DNA of 61,655 nucleotides. Origin: Chloroflexota bacterium (GTDB taxonomy: Bacteria > Chloroflexota > Dehalococcoidia > JACPQF01). The stretch spans positions 1-61,655 of the forward strand of contig JACPQF010000089.1 in the NCBI GenBank assembly GCA_016190625.1, given 5' to 3'. The position numbers and the translations under genes are program-made. Position 1 is the first letter of the stretch, and every line of letters starts with the position of its first letter. This document shows positions 49,406-58,917 of this stretch, one piece after another. Below the pieces are notes generated by a model. The model made no database searches and was not told where the DNA came from. It saw nothing but the letters and a program-made list of their open reading frames with translations.

Positions 49406-49489
49406 GCGGAGGTGGCTCAGTGGTAGAGCATCTCCTTGCCAAGGACAGGGTCGCGTCCTTCTGCTGAAGGACGAATCTCGTCTTCCGCT
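49406..49489 (+). tRNA. tRNA-Gly(GCC) with an aberrant T-arm (possible pseudo-tRNA)
   Basis: Acceptor GCGGAGG/CTTCCGC, D-arm GCTCAGTGGTAGAGC, anticodon loop TTGCCAA; 16-nt hairpin in the T-arm; C-C mismatch in the anticodon stem. Confidence 0.85.
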
Positions 49490-49491
49490 CA

Positions 49492-50970
49492 TTATTCCTC
49501 CGACAGCTCGTAGTACCGGAGCCGCACGCCCACGAACTCCCGCTCGTCGAGAAGTCGGCCATTCCTATCCAGCCAACCCCGTACAAGGGCGCGGTCGTCC
49601 CAGAAATCCTCCTCGGCGATGAAGAGCCATAGACGTTTGATGCCGCCCGTGGCGGCCTTCAGCTTGTTGCTCACCTCCTCCTCGCTCACGCCCTGATTGG
49701 CGTAGGGAGGGTCTACCCAGCGGTAAGGGCTCCGATGATAGTAGTCAAACGAGCGCCGCATATAGGGCATTACCGCCACAACCGCATCGTTTCGCTGACC
49801 CTCGGCCTCGTAGTATCGTACGGCCGCTCGGAAGTCGGCCTTTATGGTCGTGTGCTGCAAGTGGTAGGCAGCCATCCAGGAGACCACCGCGACCAAAGTG
49901 GCGCAGGCAACCAGCAGCACTGCCGACCGGCGACCAATGGCGATGAGACCGGCGGCCACGAGGATCTGGAACCCCGGCGCGACGACGATCAGATAGCGCT
50001 CCGTGAACATCGGGTAGCGGAGCGATACGGCGTAGAAGGCGACCAGCGGCGCCACCAGGTAGAGCAGCGCGCCAATCACCGGCCAGCGCGATGGGGGCTG
50101 AGCCTCCCCCCGACCTAGGACCACCGCGCAACATAGGAGAAAGATGAACAGGGTGAGGGTAAGCGCGTTTCCGCCGCTGGCGCCCACGCTAAAGGCCGAT
50201 AGGAGTGCTGTCGCCATCTCCCGCAGGGGCAGGACCGCGTAGGGGCTGGGGGGCGGGTTCAGCAGCAGCGGCCACTGCCACACTGCCAGCGGCACGTACG
50301 GGACTGTGAGCCAGACGGCAGCGGCCAAAAAGCCGCCAAGACGATTCCTGAATCGCGAGATGCCGGCGAAAAACACCGCCGCCTCTCCCACCAAAACGAG
50401 CGCGGCGAAGAAATGAACGTAGAGCGCCACGCTGGTGCTGGTCACGTAGAGAATCCAGAACCACGGGCCGTTGCTCTGCATAGCCTTCAGGAAGAGGTAA
50501 GCCGACAGCAGAGTGAGGGCGGCGAGGAGGGAGTACATCTTGGCCTCTTGGGAATACCAGATGTAGTACGGCGACAGCGTGGCAACCGCCGCCGCCGCCA
50601 GACCCGTCCACCGGCCCAAGACGAGAGCCCCCGCCGCATAGGTAAGGGGAATCGCCACGACGCCGAAGGCCACCGAAAGGAACCGCACCGCGAACTCCGA
50701 GCTGCCCGCCAAAACCAGCCAATAGTGGAGGATCAAGGAGTACAGCGGCCCGTTCTCGCCGACGGCGATGAATCTACTTACCAGCGACCGCAGGCCCTCC
50801 CGGGCGAAGAGGACGGCGTCCACCTCGTCTCGCCAGAAGCTCTGAAACTCCAACTGGTAGACCCGCAGACCGAAGGCGGCGAGAGCCAGCGTGACGAGAA
50901 GAGCCGGCAACAGCCACTCATCTCGCCGGCTATCGGCGAGCCGACGCCAGGCTCTCTCCCAACCCTCCAT
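49492..50970 (-). CDS. GT-C/PMT-like (family 39/ArnT-type) membrane glycosyltransferase
   Basis: SFWRDE, PLY, SEFAVRFLS, YSQEAKMYSL, ERYL. Confidence 0.88.
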   Translation of the reverse strand: MEGWERAWRRLADSRRDEWLLPALLVTLALAAFGLRVYQLEFQSFWRDEVDAVLFAREGLRSLVSRFIAVGENGPLYSLILHYWLVLAGSSEFAVRFLSVAFGVVAIPLTYAAGALVLGRWTGLAAAAVATLSPYYIWYSQEAKMYSLLAALTLLSAYLFLKAMQSNGPWFWILYVTSTSVALYVHFFAALVLVGEAAVFFAGISRFRNRLGGFLAAAVWLTVPYVPLAVWQWPLLLNPPPSPYAVLPLREMATALLSAFSVGASGGNALTLTLFIFLLCCAVVLGRGEAQPPSRWPVIGALLYLVAPLVAFYAVSLRYPMFTERYLIVVAPGFQILVAAGLIAIGRRSAVLLVACATLVAVVSWMAAYHLQHTTIKADFRAAVRYYEAEGQRNDAVVAVMPYMRRSFDYYHRSPYRWVDPPYANQGVSEEEVSNKLKAATGGIKRLWLFIAEEDFWDDRALVRGWLDRNGRLLDEREFVGVRLRYYELSEE

Positions 50971-51087
50971 CCGCCGTCTCCCTTCTCCTTCCCAACAAGA
51001 ACCCCACAGCCACCACTATGGGAAACTGTGGGGTACGACATCCCGGGGGGCTTCGAATCTCTTTCGCAGGCCAACAGAACGCAAGCC

Positions 51088-51167
51088 TGGACGGTGAGGC
51101 TTCAGCCGGTGAGGCCAGTCGAGCGACCAGGCGAATCGAACATTACCGGCTAAAGCCTCACCGTCCA
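51088..51167. repeat. 23-bp inverted repeat (REPIN-like)
   Basis: tggacggtgaggcttcagccggt / accggctaaagcctcaccgtcca, one mismatch. Confidence 0.75.
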
Positions 51168-51207
51168 AGGGTGTGCTTGCTTGCAACGTGGGTAGAAATC
51201 ACGAATC

Positions 51208-52638
51208 TCACTCGAGCGGCTGCTCGTTTGCGTCCCCCAGTCCCCGCCGGGCCGCCAGCCGGCGCAGAAGAAGCCCGGCCACCGTCGATGTCAGGCCAGC
51301 CAGAAGCAGCGCCCTCAGCCAATCCACGCCGTCGCCTGTGCGGGGCAACTGGCGTGGCGACGTCGGGACGGGCGTCGAAACGGTGATGGCCGACTGACTT
51401 ATCATCAGGCCGAACAGACCTGGCTGCGTGGCCGAGGCCTCCACCAGGCTATCGCTTGGCCAGGGTCTGCTCACCGAGCCGAGCCAGATCCGGCTACTCG
51501 AGCTGTAGTAAGCTAGGCCGAGGCGATTTGGATCGCCCCCGGCCGTCGATAGGTCGGCGGGCCCGTACTTGGCCCGCACTACGATTGGCTGTTTGAACGT
51601 AGTTATGGGGACGCCATTGCGGGAGACGTCGACGCTAAACAGATTGCTACCGATCTTGAACGAGCCCGGTGTGGTAGGCGAATCGCTGGGCGGCCGCGGC
51701 GCAACCACCACCAGGGCGTTATCGTCCAGCGCCCCGGCGGGGATGACTACGCTTACCCGACCATCCTGAGTGCTGATGGTGCCTCCCGTCGCCGCCGAGA
51801 TGGTGCCGCGCTGGGCGCCGGCAAAGGTGGGCACCGCCGTCGGCGTGGAAGTCGCCGTCCCAGAAGGGGTGGCGGTCGCCGTCCCCGTGGCGGTGGGGGT
51901 CGCCGTGGCGCTGCCTATGGTAGCGGTGGGGGTGGCCGTATCCGTGGCCGTGCTAGTCGCCGTGGCTGTGCTGGTTGCCGTCGGCAAAGGCGTTCGCGTA
52001 TCCCAGGTGGGCGTGACGCTGGGTGTAGATGTCGCCGTAGGACTCAAAGTGGGAGAAGGCGTAGGCGTCTGAGTCGGCGTCGACGTTTCTGTCGGCGTCG
52101 GCGTCACGGTCGGTATGGCGCTCAAACAGAAATCTGCCTGCTGGCTGCTCCCCGGCGCCACGTAGCTGAGGTATCGTGAATCTCCGTAATACCCGGTCTT
52201 CGCCACGCCCACCGTGGCGCTGAAAGGCGACACAGCCGTGACGGTGTACAGACCGGACGCGTTGGTCGTGGCCCACTGAACCTTGTCTCTGTCGGCGACA
52301 GTTACCTGGGCATAGGCCAGCGGCGTGCTGGCGTCGGGCGGGTAACAGCCCACATTCGGGTTTGCGAGAACCAGCCCCCAAACGGTCGCCGGCAACGGCG
52401 TGGCCGTGGGCGTGCTGGTCCCTGTCGCCGTGGGCGACGCGGTCGGCGTCGGCGACGTGGTCGGCGTGGTGGTGACCGTCAGCATCGGTGAATCGACTAG
52501 GGGGACGACCCCCCATGTCCCGGCGTTGGCCCCTCCGCCATTCGTAAGGAACACGACGACCAGCGCCGCGATTAGCATAATGGGCAGAAAAGGCACAATG
52601 GCCCTGAACTCACGCGAGAGGCCATGAGGTTCGTTCAT
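51208..52638 (-). CDS. Thr/Pro-rich surface protein with LPXTG sorting signal
   Basis: Signal peptide, long TPT/TAT tracts, C-terminal LPRTG + hydrophobic helix + RRLAARR. Confidence 0.8.
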   Translation of the reverse strand: MNEPHGLSREFRAIVPFLPIMLIAALVVVFLTNGGGANAGTWGVVPLVDSPMLTVTTTPTTSPTPTASPTATGTSTPTATPLPATVWGLVLANPNVGCYPPDASTPLAYAQVTVADRDKVQWATTNASGLYTVTAVSPFSATVGVAKTGYYGDSRYLSYVAPGSSQQADFCLSAIPTVTPTPTETSTPTQTPTPSPTLSPTATSTPSVTPTWDTRTPLPTATSTATATSTATDTATPTATIGSATATPTATGTATATPSGTATSTPTAVPTFAGAQRGTISAATGGTISTQDGRVSVVIPAGALDDNALVVVAPRPPSDSPTTPGSFKIGSNLFSVDVSRNGVPITTFKQPIVVRAKYGPADLSTAGGDPNRLGLAYYSSSSRIWLGSVSRPWPSDSLVEASATQPGLFGLMISQSAITVSTPVPTSPRQLPRTGDGVDWLRALLLAGLTSTVAGLLLRRLAARRGLGDANEQPLE

Positions 52639-52749
52639 CAAGAAATCCTCGTCCGCTTTCTGGAGAAATAGCAAAGACCGACCGGGTAACAGAACCCACT
52701 ATAGCACAGCAGTTTCTGTAGTGTCAATAAGAAACTGCTGAACAATCGT

Positions 52750-53005
52750 AAGATTATGTGGATAAGGAGCATGTTTCGGTGGATAAAGCAACCCTCATGT
52801 GGATATGTCGATGCTTTCTGCCACCGCTATGCTCGATTTGCCTCCTGCTCACCGGGAATCAGCGAAATCGCAACGGTCCTTTTGTCCAGAGATCTCCACA
52901 GGAATCCAAGGGCATGTTTTCCGGTCATTTCCCTTTTCCTCCCTTGTCCTCACCACTTATCCACTTATCCCACTGCACTACTATCTACTTCTATATTCAT
53001 ATACA
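52750..53005. other. oriC: Probable chromosomal replication origin (oriC)
   Basis: DnaA boxes at 52757 (perfect TGTGGATAA), 52778, 52798, 52892, 52957, 52965; CTA-trio run 52978-52993; AT-rich intergenic region. Confidence 0.75.
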
Positions 53006-53028
53006 GGAAATAGTTCGAACGGGGAAAT

Positions 53029-54189
53029 CTAGGTGCCTATCGGTCGATACGTATCTATGGGAAGCTCGCGTCCGCGAAACCGCTCGATCGATAGGGGGCC
53101 GATGTCGATAGAACTTCGCCGTAGAAGGATGAGCTGAGCAATGGCGCGGCCGATGGCTGGGGAGAGCATGAATCCGTGGCCGCTGTGGCCGGCAGCGGCC
53201 ACGAATCCCTCAAGGCCGGGGACCTCGCCCAGAACCGGCTCGTGATCGGGGGTGATATCGCGTGGGGCTGCCCAACCGGATACCAGGGCCGCTTCCTCGA
53301 AGGGGGGAAAGCGGTAGGTAGCATATTCGGCCACCTGAGGGGCAAAGCTCCAATCGAGAGTGGTGTCGAAGTTGCTTGGCTCGCCTGGATTGCCAAGGCA
53401 CATGAGTAGACCCTCGCCCTCCCGTCGGAAGTAGAAATCGTGGTGAGTGTCGAATAGAACGGGGGCATTGTCCGGAACCCTATCGAAAGGCCGGGTGAAC
53501 CAGAGCATGCGCCGGAAGGGCCGAACAGGCAGGTCGATGCCGGCGGTCTCGGCCACCAGGGCGGCCCAGGGGCCGGCGGCGTCGACGACCACGGGCGCCA
53601 ACACCCTGCCACCGTCGGTTCGCACACCCATCACGCGGCCCTTCGCCGCCTCCACTGCGGTGACCTCAGTCCACTGCACCACGGCGGCGCCGTGCTCCTT
53701 CGCCAAGTCGGCGAAGATGGTAGTGGCGAGATGGGGGTCCGTGTAGCCATCGCGGGCGCAGTACATAGCTCCAAGCACATCTTCCACGCGCAAGGAAGGG
53801 ACCAGATCGCGCACAGCGGCTGCGGACAGGATCTGGGAATCGACGCCCAGGCGCCGCTGCAGGGCGACCTGCCTCCGTGCCTCTTCCAGCTCTGCCGACG
53901 CAAAGAGGAGATGGACATATCCGTGCTGGTGGAACTTGAGGCCCAAGGACTTCTCGCCGGCCAGATCCTCGAAGAAGGCGAGGCTTTCCTTGGCCAGCCG
54001 CACGTGCATCTCCGTGGCGAACTGCTGGGTTATCAAGCCGGCGGCGTGGCCCGTCGAGCCCGAAGCCAAAGCATTCTTTTCGATCAGCGCCACCTTGGCG
54101 CCCATCCTGGCCAAATGATAGGCCACCGACGCGCCCGTGCAGCCCCCGCCAATGACCACCACATCCGCTGTCTTGGGCAGTTCCGCCAC
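53029..54189 (-). CDS. FAD-dependent oxidoreductase (DAO/sarcosine oxidase beta family)
   Basis: VIGGGCTG, SGSTGHAAG, AAGPW, TPDHEPVLG, GHSGHGFMLSP; likely GTG start at 54189. Confidence 0.9.
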   Translation of the reverse strand: MAELPKTADVVVIGGGCTGASVAYHLARMGAKVALIEKNALASGSTGHAAGLITQQFATEMHVRLAKESLAFFEDLAGEKSLGLKFHQHGYVHLLFASAELEEARRQVALQRRLGVDSQILSAAAVRDLVPSLRVEDVLGAMYCARDGYTDPHLATTIFADLAKEHGAAVVQWTEVTAVEAAKGRVMGVRTDGGRVLAPVVVDAAGPWAALVAETAGIDLPVRPFRRMLWFTRPFDRVPDNAPVLFDTHHDFYFRREGEGLLMCLGNPGEPSNFDTTLDWSFAPQVAEYATYRFPPFEEAALVSGWAAPRDITPDHEPVLGEVPGLEGFVAAAGHSGHGFMLSPAIGRAIAQLILLRRSSIDIGPLSIERFRGRELPIDTYRPIGT

Positions 54190-54387
54190 GACTCCGTTTC
54201 CCCTTTCAGGCCCATTATACATAAAGAGGCGATGGTTGTCAGCCCTCAGAAGCATCAAAGCACCTGGCCATGTCCTTCGAGTAGACTATTGCCAGGGGAC
54301 CGCGTTGGTGTTATAATAGCCCTAGGTGGAGCCCTTCTGAAAAGGGAGAGGCCCCCAGTACCTTACAACACATTGAGGCGGCAACAA

Positions 54388-55081
<694 letters not shown>

Positions 55082-55106
55082 GGTCATGCAGGTGAAAGGA
55101 GAGCCG

Positions 55107-55340
55107 ATGTCAGACGAGAGCCTATTCGAGGAGGATAACTACATGAACGCGATCAAGCCCCACGTCAGCGATGTTTGGTTGGATGGGAATGAAGAGATCG
55201 TCATGGTTGAGGCGGAGTGCCCAAACCAAGATTGCGGCCACAAGGTGGTCTCCTTCTTCACCATGCCACGGGCGACGAGCAAGGTGCTGGAGTGCCGGAT
55301 CTGCAAGACCAGGATGCTCATTAGCCTGCCGGCTGCGTGA
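55107..55340 (+). CDS. Small zinc-ribbon protein resembling the PyrI C-terminal domain
   Basis: CPNQDC-x19-CRIC; AAAGGAG RBS; GTGA overlap with the next gene. Confidence 0.7.
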   Translation: MSDESLFEEDNYMNAIKPHVSDVWLDGNEEIVMVEAECPNQDCGHKVVSFFTMPRATSKVLECRICKTRMLISLPAA

Positions 55341-56632
55341 GGAGAGGCTTGACACAGGAGACCCCTAATTTCGATCTAGTCATTCACAATGCCATCCTTC
55401 CCGCGGCCGAGCTATTGGAAGGATCCGGCCCCACTGATATCGGCATAAGCGCCGGTCGCATCGTCTATATCGGCGCAACTAGCGGCTATTCTCGCGCCTC
55501 CATGGATGCCCATGGTTCCCTCGTCACGCCAGGGTTTGTAAACGCCCACACTCACTTGGACAAAGCCGACCTGCTTAGCCGCATGACTCCCGATCAATTC
55601 GGCGGCACGCTGGAGAAAAATCGGGAGCTTCTCAAGAGCCTCAAGGGAAACTACTCGGTGGCTGAGGTTCTCGCCAGAGGCAAAGGGGTTGCTCTGGAAA
55701 TGCTGATGCAGGGCATCACCGCCATTCGCACCCAGGTCGACGTGGACCCTACCGCCGGGCTGAAGGCTCTGGAGGCGATACTCGCGCTCAAGCAGCATCT
55801 TTCCCCCCTCATGACTCTGGAGGTCTGCGCCTTTCCTCAGGAGGGCGTGGTCAGGCCGGGCAATCGCGAGCTTCTGGAGGAGGCCATCCGCATGGGCGCC
55901 GACCTCGTCGGCGGTAACCCCGCCGTGGAGCCGGACCACGAGGAGCGGCTCAGGCACATCGATATCCTATTCGAGATCGCCAAGACTTTCGACAAGCGGC
56001 TCGACGTCCAGCTCGACGAGACTAACGACCCCCGCCATTTCTACCTGCCCTACTACGTGGACAAGGTCATCGCCGACGGCTTTCAGGGTCGCGCCACTGC
56101 CACCCATTGCATTTCGCTGTCGGCCGTTCCCGACGCGGTGGCCTTGCCAGTGATCGAGAAGGCAGCCAGAGGCGAGGTGAGCTTCATCATCACTCCCAGT
56201 TGCAACCTCATCACCCGCTTCGATCTGCCGGCCGGCGTGTCACGGCGACCAAGTAACAGCATTACCCGGATCAAGGACCTCCTCGCTCACGGAATAAGAG
56301 TGGCGCTGGGAACGGACAACATCCGGGATATCTTCTATCCCCTTGGCAATGGCAGCATGCTGCGGGAGATGCACGTGCTCGCCACCACTACCAGGCTGAC
56401 GGGATTTGGCGAGGCGGAGAAGGTTTTCGACATGGCGACAGTCAACGGGGCGAGCTTATTGGGACTCGATTACGGTGTCGAGGTGGGCAAGAAGGCCGAC
56501 CTAATCGTACTCCCGGCAGACTCCAGACGCAAAGCTTTGAGCCATCTGCCGGTCGCGCCCTATGTCATCCGGAACGGCCGGGTGGTCGCGACCAATGAGC
56601 TGAGTCAGAAGATCGCAGGTGATCGACAATGA
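55337..56632 (+). CDS. Cytosine deaminase (CodA)-like amidohydrolase
   Basis: HTHLDK, AFPQEG, DVQLDE, ATHC, GTDNIRD. Confidence 0.85.
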   Translation: MRRGLTQETPNFDLVIHNAILPAAELLEGSGPTDIGISAGRIVYIGATSGYSRASMDAHGSLVTPGFVNAHTHLDKADLLSRMTPDQFGGTLEKNRELLKSLKGNYSVAEVLARGKGVALEMLMQGITAIRTQVDVDPTAGLKALEAILALKQHLSPLMTLEVCAFPQEGVVRPGNRELLEEAIRMGADLVGGNPAVEPDHEERLRHIDILFEIAKTFDKRLDVQLDETNDPRHFYLPYYVDKVIADGFQGRATATHCISLSAVPDAVALPVIEKAARGEVSFIITPSCNLITRFDLPAGVSRRPSNSITRIKDLLAHGIRVALGTDNIRDIFYPLGNGSMLREMHVLATTTRLTGFGEAEKVFDMATVNGASLLGLDYGVEVGKKADLIVLPADSRRKALSHLPVAPYVIRNGRVVATNELSQKIAGDRQ

Positions 56633-57588
56633 GTATGACCAATTCCGAAATCGAGGCCCTCGTCCGCGACGCCATCGACCTCCACCTTCACGTCGGGATG
56701 GACATCCTGCCGCGGAAGTACACCGTGGAGGAGCTGTTTTTGGAAGAGAGGGGGAAGGTAGGCGGAGCAGCCGTTAAATCGCATAGCTTTCCCACAGTGC
56801 CCGACGTGGTGGCGGCCAGGTCCTTTCCTGGAAGGACCAAGGACGAGATGCTCCTCGTAGGCTCCGTCACCCTGAACTACTTCACCGGCGGCTTCAACCC
56901 CAGCGCCATCTACGCCGCGGCGGTTATGTCGCGGGGCTATCCGGTGGTCGTCTGGTTTCCCACCACGCACGCCGAAAACCACCTGGTGAAGAACCACAGC
57001 ATGTACGAGATTCCGCCGGACTGGGTCAAGGACCCTGCCTTCACTTCCCGCTTCAAGACAGAGGTGAAGGCCATCAAGGTAACCGACTGGGCGGGGAACC
57101 TCATTCCCAAGGCCTGGCAGGTTCTAAACATGATGAGGGACATGGGGAATTGTGTACTGGCCACCGGCCACCTATCCTGGGAGGAGGCGAGAAAGCTATC
57201 GCTGGAGGCGCTGAACCTCGGCTTGAAGGTCATGGTGACCCATCCCATGCAGCGGGACATCGACATGCCGGTGGAAGTGCAGGTCGAACTGGCACGCAAG
57301 GGGGCTTTCATCGAGTTTTGCTACGTGATGTACCTTGACAGAGATCATCCGGAGGATTATCCTCCCGAAGATATGGTGAGGCAGATCCACCAGATCGGGG
57401 TCGAGCAGTGCTTCCTGTCCTCTGACGCCGGACAGGTTCGCAATCCCGGGCCGAGCGCCTGCCTCAAGGCCTTTGTCGAGCTCCTCGAGCCCCACGGCAT
57501 CACGAAGGAGGAGTTCGAGACGATGATGGTGAGGAATCCGAGGAGGATACTGGGGTGGAGGGTAGAGGGTAGAGGAGGCACGGGGTGA
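56629..57588 (+). CDS. DUF6282-type amidohydrolase-fold protein
   Basis: IDLHLH, KSH, TGHLS, THP, SSDAGQ, NP; ATGA/GTGA coupling on both sides. Confidence 0.75.
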   Translation: MSMTNSEIEALVRDAIDLHLHVGMDILPRKYTVEELFLEERGKVGGAAVKSHSFPTVPDVVAARSFPGRTKDEMLLVGSVTLNYFTGGFNPSAIYAAAVMSRGYPVVVWFPTTHAENHLVKNHSMYEIPPDWVKDPAFTSRFKTEVKAIKVTDWAGNLIPKAWQVLNMMRDMGNCVLATGHLSWEEARKLSLEALNLGLKVMVTHPMQRDIDMPVEVQVELARKGAFIEFCYVMYLDRDHPEDYPPEDMVRQIHQIGVEQCFLSSDAGQVRNPGPSACLKAFVELLEPHGITKEEFETMMVRNPRRILGWRVEGRGGTG

Positions 57589-58682
57589 AGAAGGCGATCC
57601 TCATTTTGGAAGACGGAACGGTGTTCAACGGGTACTCCTTCGGCTCGAGCGAAAGGGTCTATGGGGAGGTCGTGTTCAATACGAGCATGACCGGGTACCA
57701 GGAGATCCTGACGGACCCGTCCTACGCCGGGCAGATCGTCACGCTCACCTATCCCATAATTGGCAATTATGGGATCAATGAGGAAGACGTCGAATCACGG
57801 CGGATTCAGGTGGCCGGCTTCGTGGTTAGGGAGGATTGTGAGGACCCAAGCAACTGGCGCAGCCGGGGGACCCTCTCGGCCTATCTGGCCGAGCATAATA
57901 TCGCCGGCATCGCCGGCGTCGACACGCGGGCCTTGACCCGGCGCCTGCGCTCCCTCGGGGTCATGATGGGGGCGGTGAGCACGGACGAGTCTCCCGCCGC
58001 CACCCTCGAACGCCTCCGCCAGTCGCCCAAGTACGACCTCATCGATTTCGTCCGGCAGGTTAGCACGGAAGAGCCTTATGCTTGGAACAGGCATGGCCCG
58101 GAGGAACCGCCCGAGATGACTTGCCACATCGTGGTCATGGATTTCGGCCTGAAATACAACATTCTGCGCTTGCTGCGGGAGAAGGGATGCCGTGTAACCG
58201 TGGTCCCCTGCACCTATTCCGCCGAACAGGTGCTCGCACTGCGGCCGGACGGCGTATTGCTGTCACCCGGACCCGGCGATCCCGCCATGTTGGGACACAT
58301 CGTCGAAGCCATCAGGGGGCTCATGGGGAAAAAGCCCATCTTGGGAATCTGTCTCGGCCACCAACTATTGGGCTGGGCGTTGGGAGGCAAGACCTTCAAG
58401 CTCAAGTTCGGCCACCGGGGGGGAAACCATCCCGTAAAGGACCTTCTGAGCGGTCGGGTGCATATCACGAGCCAAAACCATGGCTACGCCGTGGATGCAG
58501 ATGGCCTTCCCGGCCGGGTAGAGGTTACCCACGTCAATTTGAACGACGGTACGGTGGAAGGGCTGCGCTGCCGGGAGATCGACGCCATCTCGATTCAGTA
58601 CCACTCCGAGGCCTCACCCGGCCCGCAGGACAACGTCTACGTCTTCGACCAGTTCCTGGCATTGGTTAGGGAGCGGCCGTAG
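57585..58682 (+). CDS. carA: Carbamoyl-phosphate synthase small subunit
   Basis: GEVVFNTSMTGYQE.LTDPSY, GICLGHQ, SQNHGY, QYHSEASPGP. Confidence 0.98.
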   Translation: MKKAILILEDGTVFNGYSFGSSERVYGEVVFNTSMTGYQEILTDPSYAGQIVTLTYPIIGNYGINEEDVESRRIQVAGFVVREDCEDPSNWRSRGTLSAYLAEHNIAGIAGVDTRALTRRLRSLGVMMGAVSTDESPAATLERLRQSPKYDLIDFVRQVSTEEPYAWNRHGPEEPPEMTCHIVVMDFGLKYNILRLLREKGCRVTVVPCTYSAEQVLALRPDGVLLSPGPGDPAMLGHIVEAIRGLMGKKPILGICLGHQLLGWALGGKTFKLKFGHRGGNHPVKDLLSGRVHITSQNHGYAVDADGLPGRVEVTHVNLNDGTVEGLRCREIDAISIQYHSEASPGPQDNVYVFDQFLALVRERP

Positions 58683-58809
58683 AATGGGGGTTGCGGCAAA
58701 CACAAAGTCACGAAGGTCACATGTTGTGGCATCAGTGGTGACGTCTCTGCCAGAGCCAAAGCCTGTTGGGGAGGGGTTAGGGTTGGGGCGGATCACGTCT
58801 ACAGCCACC

Positions 58810-58837
58810 GTAGGGGCGAACGGCCGTTCGCCCCTAC
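58810..58837. repeat. GTAG REP-like palindrome, form without the mini-hairpin
   Basis: gtaggggcgaa-cggccg-ttcgcccctac. Confidence 0.85.
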
Positions 58838-58917
58838 GCCGTTGCGACACCGCAATCAACGATAGAAGGTCCGACGGTAACTCCGCTTCTGGACGATCTG
58901 CAACGCTTGAAACCCAG

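Noticed and set aside
52750-53005. Dam/SeqA-type control of the origin by the nearby methylase
   Set aside because: I see only one GATC in the origin region; no enrichment.
58684-58917. 78-aa N-terminal extension of the Dam-like methylase
   Set aside because: The stretch is a mosaic of intergenic repeats, including the REP at 58810; probably open by chance.
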